DNA of 27,856 bases. Origin: Emiliania huxleyi CCMP1516. Taxonomy: Eukaryota. Position 1 is the first letter of the stretch, and each line of letters opens with the position of its first letter. Of the stretch, positions 20,396 through 27,856 are shown one piece after another. Position numbers and translations under genes: made by a program. The DNA lies in assembly GCF_000372725.1 (NCBI RefSeq), contig NW_005202176.1, positions 442,188-470,043 of the forward strand, written 5' to 3'. The notes beneath the pieces are model-generated. The model saw only the letters and a list, made by a program, of their open reading frames with translations. It was not told where the DNA came from and made no database searches.

Positions 20396-22362
20396 ATGCC
20401 TGGCCGACCAAAAGCTGACTCAGCCGCCTCCCGGCGCGGACACGCTTCAACGACGCCACAGGCTGCGCCGCTCGCGCTGCCGAAAAGGATCCAAGCCGCG
20501 GCGGCGGACGGCAAGGCGGGCGTGGTGCAGACGTGGCTCACCGGGGACGGGCGGGCTGACGCGACGTGCGTGCATCGCGATGTGAGTGGCTGGACGCTCC
20601 TGCTGATCGCCGCCACCAACGGTCACAAACAGCTGGTCAAGGTTCTGCTGAAGCGTGGCGCGAAGGTGAACGCGCAAAGCAGCAAAGGCGATGCGGCGCT
20701 GATGGCCGCCGCCGTCACGGGCCACGTGCAGGTGGCCGAGACGCTGCTGCGGCACGGCGCGGAGATCAACCTTCAGGACAGCGGCGGCAGCACTGCGCTG
20801 ATGTTCGCCGCCCAACAAGGCCACGAGCGCGTGGTCGACTTCCTTCTGCGGCACGGCGCAGAGGTCGGCCTGCAGGACGGCATCGGCCACACTGCGCTCA
20901 CGGTCGCCGCCTGCTACGACCGCCCTGTCGTCGTGCTCCGCCTGCTGCGGGCGGGCGCAGACATGGCGCTGCGCACTGCGGCGGGCGAGACGGCACTGCA
21001 GATCGCCAAGGAGAAGGGTCACACCGAGTGCGTCGCCGCCGTCAAGACGTTTCTCGGCGAGGTGGCGGCGGAGAGGCGCGACGCGGCGGCGGTCGAGGCG
21101 GGCGGCGCGGGCGGCAGCAGCGGGCCTGTTCCCGAGAACATCGGCGAGGCGGGCGGCGCATGGGCGGACGGCGATGCCGCCTCGGGCAAGGGGGCAGCGG
21201 CGGCACCAACTGCCGCGTCCTCTTCTGGCGGCGCAGAGAGCGGAACGGGCGAGGACGCCGTCCCCGAGGAGATCGCGGACGCGGCTGAGCAAGGCTTCGA
21301 GGCGGTGCTGGCGTGGCTCGACGGCGGCGGGCGGGTGGACGCGACTTTCACTCGTGAGGGTGTGAGCGGCATGACGCTGCTGATGTACGCCGCCTTCTAC
21401 GGCAACGAGCGGCTGGCCGCGACGTTGCTGCAGCGTGGCGCTGCGATCAACCTGCAGGCATCACCGCGCTGATGTGGGCCGCCCATGGCCACGAGCAGGT
21501 AGTCGAGCTGCTGCTGCGGCACGGCGCGGAGATCAACCAGCAAGACAATGCCGGCCGCTCCGCGCTGATGTTCGTCGCTGTCTGGGACCACCCCGCGGCT
21601 CTGCTCTGCCTGCTGCGGGCGGGCGCTGACATGGAATTGCGCGAGGTGAGTGGACTCACGGCGCTGCAGATAGCCAAGAAGGCGGGCAACGCCGAGTGCG
21701 TGCGCGCCCTCGAGGAGCATGCGGCGGCCAAGGCGGCGGCAGAGAAGGCGGCGAAGGAGGCGGCGTGGGCTGCGGAGGCGGCGGAGAGGGCGGCGGAGCG
21801 GGCGGCGGCGGAAGTGGAGGCGGCGCGGCACGCCGAGGAGCTACTGGCGGAGGTCGAGGCGGAGAAGCGCGGCAAGGGCAAGAAGGGCAAGAAGAAGAAG
21901 GAGGGCGGCGGGAGCGGCGGCGCTGGGCCGTCGCAGGAGCCCGAGGCGGCGGTGGAGGGTGCAGAGGCGCCATCAGAGGGTGCCGAGGTGCTGTCGGAGG
22001 CAGCCGCAGCCGAGGCCGCGAAGAAGGCCGAGGAGGCGAGATTGATCAGGCTTCTCGAGAGTTGTCACGAGGAGAGGATCCGGCTCGGCATCACGGCGGA
22101 GAGCCAGGCAGCGGCTTTAGCTGAGATGGTCGAGGCGGAGCGCTTGGCCGAGGAGGCGGAGGAAGAGGAGGCGGAGGCAGAGGCGGAGGAGGAGGAAGCC
22201 GCGGCCGAGGAGGAAGCCGCGGCTGCGGCACTTGCGGCAGCCGAGGCGGCCACGGCGGCAGCGGAGGCGGCGATGGCCGCCGCAAAGGCGAGGCGCGCGG
22301 CCGCTGCGAGGGCCAAGGCGGCCGCTGCAAGGAAGGCGGCGGACGCGGCCCAGCGCTCATAG
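20396..22362 (+). pseudogene. Ankyrin-repeat protein with C-terminal coiled coil, interrupted by a frameshift at ~21459
   Basis: Multiple ankyrin repeats (GSTALMFAAQQGHERVVDFLLRHGA etc.) in ORFs 20396-21472 and 21472-22362. At AACCTGCAG-GCATCACCGCGCTGATG the expected NLQ-xxx-GITALM is short by ~10 nt, shifting the frame; no room for an intron. Confidence 0.8.
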
Positions 22363-22740
22363 AGAGCCGCTGAGAGGAGGACATGACGCCGCCCGGCTGA
22401 CGCCTGCTGAGGCGTCAGCCCCACGCCGCCCCGCCTTCGGGCGCCTCGGTTTCGTCCAGCGGAGGCGGCGGCGTCTCGACCCGACGCCGCGTGAGGCAGG
22501 CGGACTTGCGCTCGCGGGAGTGGCTCAGCCTCAGGGAGCACGGGGCGGCGGCGGCTGAGGAGGGCGGGTAGACTGCTAGTCTCTCTCCCACGTCAGTTCT
22601 CGGTACTAACATCGTGAAGAAAGTGGTCACGTGTGGACTTTGTGTGGTGGCTCTCTTCTATGCCGTTTGCGTCGCTGGCACCAGACAAAGTCCAGCCCTG
22701 GAGGGCGGGGCCCGGCGCCACATGGCGCCGGCCAAACCGT

Positions 22741-23963
22741 CTATTGGTGCAGCCGGCCTAAAGGCGCATCTTCCACTGGTGCGCGCCGCCGCCTATGCAC
22801 GGCCCGCATGAGGGCGCCGCGCGCCGTCCGCGGTGCCCACACCATCGGGACCGGTCCGGAGCACCCAGCGATTGGAGCCGAATCGCCAGATTCGACCGCG
22901 ATCCGGCCCTGGAGCGCCGCGGAGTCGAGCGTGACGACGGGATACGCGCGCTTTTTTAGCTCCATTTCTGTCCAATCGTTTGCGCCCAGACCCCTCCCAT
23001 CCATCGAGGACACATGAGCAGCCTACGACTGACCCGTCTCCGGCCGTGTCTATGCGTTCGTAGGTGCGTTTGGTCCTCGGTGCGACCACTCTCGCTGCGT
23101 CGCGCGGGAGATGGCATCTCTGCTGCGTTCAGAGCGCCGGAGCTGAAGCCGACGAGTTCTCCGACAAGCAGGAAGCTCAGCAGCTGACGCGTCAGCGCTT
23201 TTCATCAGCGACGCGCTGCGCTTTTCGTCGGCCGGCGCCACCACATCTGACTCTTCGCCTCTCCTGCTGCGCCTCTCACCTCCGCCTCACCCTCCGCATC
23301 CGCTCTCGCCGCCCCGACGGATGAGGCGCGGGTGGCGCTGCTCGAGCCGGAGGCGACGCCGCCGTCGTCGGATCTGGCCAAGGCAAAGAAAATTGCGGCC
23401 GCCAGGCAATGCCTCGAGCCGTTGCTCGGTTCAGAGGTGTGTACGCATGCTGCTGACTGCGGTTGCACGAGAGCCGACATTCTTCCTCCCATTCCGCTGG
23501 CGCGCGCCGCAGGTGATCTGACTCGGGCCGCTCGAGACGGCTTTCTCAACCTGCAGCCGCATCCGCCTGCGTTCGCAGCTCTGGCTGCGCGCAAGCCACC
23601 CCCCCGATCTGCGCGTGCTGATGTGGGTTGGTAGGATGTGATGCGGACCGGTGCCGGTCTCTGTCGCGTCCTGGCGACCAATCCTAGCGCCCTAAGCCTC
23701 ACTTATGCTTGGGCTTGTATAGGTGCCCCAGACCGAGTCCAGATCGAGCGCAGACCGACGCAGGCAGCCGAATTTCGCTTCGCCTGCGGCGCGCAGGGGA
23801 GGTCCGGGGGAGGAAAATCTAGTCGATTTTTCGGAAATAGTGCCAATCGATAGATCTCGCCGAGCCCTTTTCGGTGGTGTGCCTCCGAGTTTTTTTTTCG
23901 CACGGGAAGCATTTTTAGTAGTCGTAAACGTGAATTGCACGACTAGGCCGGCTGCACCAATAG
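22741..23963. repeat. Perfect 20-bp inverted repeat pair bracketing 1.2 kb (candidate transposon ends)
   Basis: CTATTGGTGCAGCCGGCCTA at 22741-22760 and TAGGCCGGCTGCACCAATAG at 23944-23963. Confidence 0.75.
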
Positions 23964-24022
23964 TTTTGACGCAAAAGTACGCACCCACCACGCAAAGGAA
24001 ACGGAGGCGCTTGTCGGTGCCG

Positions 24023-25234
24023 ATGGCGCTTTTGTGCCGATGTCGGCGCTCGAGGCGGGCGTCGCCGTGCTCGTGCACAGCCTTCTTCTCCTCTTTGGCG
24101 GCGGCAGCACTTCATCCGTCACATGCTCTAAGCTCATCGCAGCTCCGCTCTCGCAGGGAAGACGTGAAGCTCTGGCAGAACGGCACTGCTCTCTCGGGGC
24201 CTGGCGACGTCGTGAACGGCCGCTGGGGAGACGGTTGCCGCTTCGTGTTCCTGGACATTGGGGCCAACATGGGCATATCCACACGCAAGCTCTTCGAGCC
24301 AGCCGCATACCCGCCGCATGCAACGACGTGGAACGGCAAGTGGGCTGACGACAACCGGCCCACCTCGAGCAAAGGCAAGCTGTATGCACACCTGTTCGAC
24401 CAGGCGTTCGGGACCATCGCAGAGCGTTCGCCGCGCTCCTTCCAAGGCCTGTGCGCGTTTGCCTTTGAGCCAAATATCGCACACACGGCAAGGCTCAGAA
24501 GCCTGGAGGCGTGCTACGCCAGCCGTGGCTGGCGCGTAAAGGTGTTCACGCAGACGGCCGTCTCCTCTGCCGACGGCGCAACGACCTTCTACAGGGACAG
24601 CGGGGGCACGCCTCTTGCAGAGTCCGATGAGGCTCTGGCTGCTCGAAGGGCGGTCGACTTGAACGGGAGGCGAAAGTGGTCTGCCGAGCGCTCGAGCTCA
24701 ATCTACCGCTTTCCTCACCGAAAGAAGCTCGAGGAGCAAGGCTACCCAGTGACGACGGTCGACCTCGCGGCATGGGTGGCGAAGCACGTCGTCCAGCGAA
24801 GGGTGTCACAGGGGCACAGGCCGGCTTACGTGCTCGCCAAGATCGATGTGGAAGGCGCTGAATTCGAGGTCATGCCCAAGCTCCTGGCGGCCGGCTTGCT
24901 GTGTGCCGACGCCATCTCCACCATCACCATGGAGTGGCATCCCGGCTTCCTCTCGTTGATGGGAGCACGCGAGCGCGGATTGCGCCATCTGCCGACAGCC
25001 GCCGAGGGCGGGCAGCTCATGCAGCGAGTGAGCAGCGCCAGAGCATCCGTGCCTACCGCAGCAGGAAGCACGTGCTCTCGCAAGACGACGTTCGAGAGCG
25101 TTGATGACGAGACGTACCTGCTCGACTCGAAGTGCTCCTTGCGCCTCCACGAAGAGCCTTCGCGTGTGTGCAGCGCGCCAGCCGATAAAGAGTGTGCGCA
25201 CATGTATCCAAGTGCCGATGGCCCTGCTGCTTGA
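24023..25234 (+). CDS. FkbM-family (Methyltransf_21-like) SAM-dependent methyltransferase
   Basis: FVFLDIGANMG (motif I), AFAFEPN, TAVSSADG, VTTVDL, LAKIDVEGAEFEV, TMEWH. Start uncertain; a spliced N-terminus is possible. Confidence 0.85.
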   Translation: MALLCRCRRSRRASPCSCTAFFSSLAAAALHPSHALSSSQLRSRREDVKLWQNGTALSGPGDVVNGRWGDGCRFVFLDIGANMGISTRKLFEPAAYPPHATTWNGKWADDNRPTSSKGKLYAHLFDQAFGTIAERSPRSFQGLCAFAFEPNIAHTARLRSLEACYASRGWRVKVFTQTAVSSADGATTFYRDSGGTPLAESDEALAARRAVDLNGRRKWSAERSSSIYRFPHRKKLEEQGYPVTTVDLAAWVAKHVVQRRVSQGHRPAYVLAKIDVEGAEFEVMPKLLAAGLLCADAISTITMEWHPGFLSLMGARERGLRHLPTAAEGGQLMQRVSSARASVPTAAGSTCSRKTTFESVDDETYLLDSKCSLRLHEEPSRVCSAPADKECAHMYPSADGPAA

Positions 25235-25613
25235 ACCGTCACTGTTTGCGTCGGACTCCTTCTTCTAAATGTCGAAACCGGCCAATCTTCGCTAATGTCA
25301 TCAAATGCCCGCCCGCACACACTCCCGCAAGGTCGCTGCACCGCCACCGGTTAAAGAGTCCCCTTCTTGGGTGGGGGCCTCGGAGCCGCTCTGTCACGTA
25401 TGGTACCGTGCATGCTTAAATGCGTCCAAGGCGCAAGGGCGTGTTGTGGGGCCTCAAGCGCAGCGTTCATCACTGAATTTCGGCTGTGTGCGTGTCCTGA
25501 TCACTGCCCCGAACTGCCCCTGGGCTCGAGTGTGGTCGCCCAGCTCCACTCAAGATATTCACCTTCCCATTTTCAACATCATGACCAGGGCACCCCGTAC
25601 ACTTGGGTGTTTA

Positions 25614-26494
25614 GAGGGGCCGCACATTGTTGGGTACCCCCCTTGCACACTTAAGCCCATGGCGGACCCCCCCCCCCAGCAGCAGCGTTTTGTTGCTGGG
25701 GGGGTGGGGACCCCCCCCCCAGCAGCAGCGTTTTGCTGCTGGGGGGGTCGGGACCCCCCCCCCCCAGCAGCAGCGCTCTGCCTGTGGGGGGTGCTGGCAT
25801 CTCTGTACAGACAGCAGCTGTAAGTAGCATGCGTTCGAGTTGCGAGAATTTATGGTCCGCATCAAAATCAGTGGTCTCACCGGCGGGGCCTCCTACTGCC
25901 AACCGGGCGGTGCGGGGCACGCCAGCCTCTCTTCTACGCCTCTCGTGCCTCGCGGCGCCTCTGCTTCAAGGAGGGAAGATACGGCTCTCGCAGCCCATCA
26001 TACGCCGTGGCACAGCGGAGAGCACAGCGGGCTGTACAAGTCCATCGGATAGTGCTCAATATCTTCGCATGCTCGTCGTTGGTGATATCCGCGCGAGGTC
26101 ACAGGCCAGCAATCACTCGGTGATGAGAATATTGATGACATGTAGGCGCGACGCTCTGACACCGAGTGTTGTGTGGTAGTACAAGATAGACTCACCATGG
26201 TCACAAGTCTTTAGTAAAACGCCAGCACTCGACACGACGAAGGTGTACTGGGCTCGAAGGCGCGGTGAACACAACCGCCTCGAGCGTACCGCTCAAACTA
26301 CACGAGCCGAGGGGGCGGGAGGGGGAGCGGCCGGAGGCGGGAGCTGGGTCCAGTGCGCTCTGCTGCTGGGGGGGTCGGGACCCCCCCCCCAGCAGCAGCG
26401 CTCTGCTGCTGGGGGGGTCAGACCCCCCCCCCTAGCAGCAAGCAGGGACGGGCTTAGAAGTGCAGGGGGGGTACCGAGCAATGTGCGGCCGCTC
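25614..26494. mobile_element. Non-autonomous PIF/Harbinger (Tourist-like) DNA transposon, 881 bp
   Basis: 45-bp terminal inverted repeats (25614-25658 and 26450-26494; 38/45 identical) flanked by a TTA duplication (25611-25613, 26495-26497); subterminal palindromic repeats; no transposase ORF. Confidence 0.85.
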
Positions 26495-26656
26495 TTAGCC
26501 CACTCTTCTGTTTGCCCTTGCTCACTCCGTTTCCGTGCAGTGCTTTCATGAGCGCGTTCCACTCGGTGATGGGTATGTGCCACGTGCGAAGGGAAATTCT
26601 TTTTTCTCATCGGCTGCGGCGCGGGTAGGCCCAGAGCACCTCTCTCCTCACCAGCA

Positions 26657-27670
26657 ATGGTCAAGCAGCCGGATAGCGACCTCGCCCAGCAGTCGGTGCT
26701 CCAGGCCGTCGTCCTCGCCGATTCCTTCGCGCAGGTCCACGGCCTGCGTCGCTCGCCCTCGGAGAGCTCCCGCAGCTGGACCTCTGATCGACAGTGCCGA
26801 CGCCTCCTCCTCGCCGCAGGCCTTTCGGCCTGTCTCGTACCAGGTCCCAAAGGCGCTGATGCCGCTGGTGAACGTGCCGATGATCGAGTACACGCTCGAG
26901 TTCCTGGCGGCGTCGGGCGTGCAGGAGATTTTTGTGTTTTGCTGCGCGCACGCCGAGCAGGTCATCTCGTATGTGCGCGATTCGCAGGCGCCGCCGCACG
27001 CCGCCCAATTTTTTCCCCGCGCTGCGCCCGACCCCGCTCCTCGCCCCGCCCGCAGCTCGAGCTCCGCCTCGCCTCCGTCCGGCTGCACGTCCTCGCGGCA
27101 AAGTCGCCCTGCTTCTCGGCCGGAGACGCCCTCCGCGAGGCGCGGCTTCCGCCTACCGCACACGCCGCCGCCCTCGCCCCGCCGCCGCCGTCCGCGGCCC
27201 CTTCCACCGCGTCTCCGGCGCGCGCAGGTGGAGGCGCTCGGCGTCATCACCTCCGACTTCGTGCTCTGCCATGCCGACGTCGTCTCAAACCTCGAGCTCG
27301 GCTCTGTGATTGCGGCGCACAAGGCGCGGCGCGAGCTCGACCGCGACATATCTCCCCATATCTCCCCATATCTCCCCATATCTCCCCATGTCTCACAAGG
27401 CGCGGCGCGAGTCCGACCGCGACATATCTCCCCATATCTCCCCATATCTCCCCATATCTCCCCATATCTCACAAGGCGCGGCGCGAGTCCGACCGCGACG
27501 CGGTGATGACGACGGTGCTGCGACGGGTGCCGGCGGGCAGCCGCTCGCACCGCGCCGAGGACGCCACCCTCGTCGCCACGAGCGGAGAGACGGGGCGGCT
27601 GCTCCTGTACGAGCAGGCTGGCAAGTCTGTGAGTGATCACAAGCTCCTCCTGCCGACCGAGCTGCTGCAG
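26657..27670 (+). CDS. EIF2B5: Translation initiation factor eIF2B subunit epsilon, 5' part (continues beyond window)
   Basis: Exons 26657-26734, 26820-26987, 27056-27139, 27228-27323 and 27476-27670 join in frame: LQAVVLADSF-AFRPVS...PKALMPLVNVPMIEYTLEFLAASGVQEIFVFCCAHAEQV...SAGDALRE...ITSDFVLCHADVVSNLEL...HKARR...AVMT. This is the GCD6/EIF2B5 N-terminal signature. Confidence 0.93.
27318..27499 (+). repeat. 76-bp tandem repeat made of a 30-bp exon-junction copy plus (ATATCTCCCC)4
   Basis: CACAAGGCGCGGCGCGAG(CT/TC)CGACCGCGAC at 27318, 27394 and 27470, separated by 10-bp satellite blocks. Confidence 0.95.
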
Positions 27671-27672
27671 GC

Positions 27673-27772
27673 GCACACCCGCACACCCGCACACCCGCAC
27701 ACCCGCACACCCGCACACCCGCACACCCGCACACCCGCACACCCGCACACCCGCACATCCGCACACCCGCAC
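27673..27772 (+). repeat. (GCACACCC)n 8-bp intronic tandem repeat
   Basis: About 12 consecutive units directly after the CAG|GC donor at 27670/27671. Confidence 0.95.
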
Positions 27773-27856
27773 CGCCCGCCGTACCCGCTTGCGCCCCTCG
27801 CCCTGCCCCCGCCCGACCCCGCCCGCAGCCCACCACCCCACTCCCCCACCCCCCCT

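Noticed and set aside
22712..22745. Hairpin as a Helitron 3' end
   Set aside because: Followed by CTAT rather than CTRR, and no Rep/helicase sequence is present.
23015..23700. Coding-like fragments with possible splice sites
   Set aside because: Could not assemble a consistent start-to-stop gene or identify a family.
25667..27499. CRISPR-like appearance of the palindromic repeats (25667-26442) and the 76-bp repeat (27318-27499)
   Set aside because: No unique spacers and no cas genes in a eukaryotic context; explained by MITE subterminal repeats and an intronic duplication.

Overview
GC-rich, intron-containing eukaryotic DNA. GC-AG introns, (ATATCTCCCC)n intronic repeats and the gene-family content point to a haptophyte, probably Emiliania/Gephyrocapsa huxleyi; this is an inference. 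The left 7.5 kb (minus strand) is the 5' part of a large AT-less modular type I PKS that the ORF track misses. Its domain order is acyl-adenylate ligase-ACP-KS-DH-(structural KR)-ER, and it runs off the window. Its loading ligase has motifs I recognise from the 3-hydroxypropionate/acrylate-activating ligase domain of bacterial propionyl-CoA synthase (Pcs), suggesting a C3, possibly DMSP-derived, starter unit. The middle ~18 kb is an accessory region containing truncated non-LTR retrotransposon pieces, an F-box/Kelch gene, a 6-exon Tudor/BAH-like unknown gene, an F-box/RCC1 pseudogene, a MORN gene head-to-head with a frameshifted ankyrin gene, an FkbM-type methyltransferase and a Harbinger/Tourist-like MITE. 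The right end is the 5' part of eIF2B epsilon, one intron of which is built from tandem copies of its own exon junction plus a 10-bp satellite. All family assignments come from motif recognition by eye; no database search was run.
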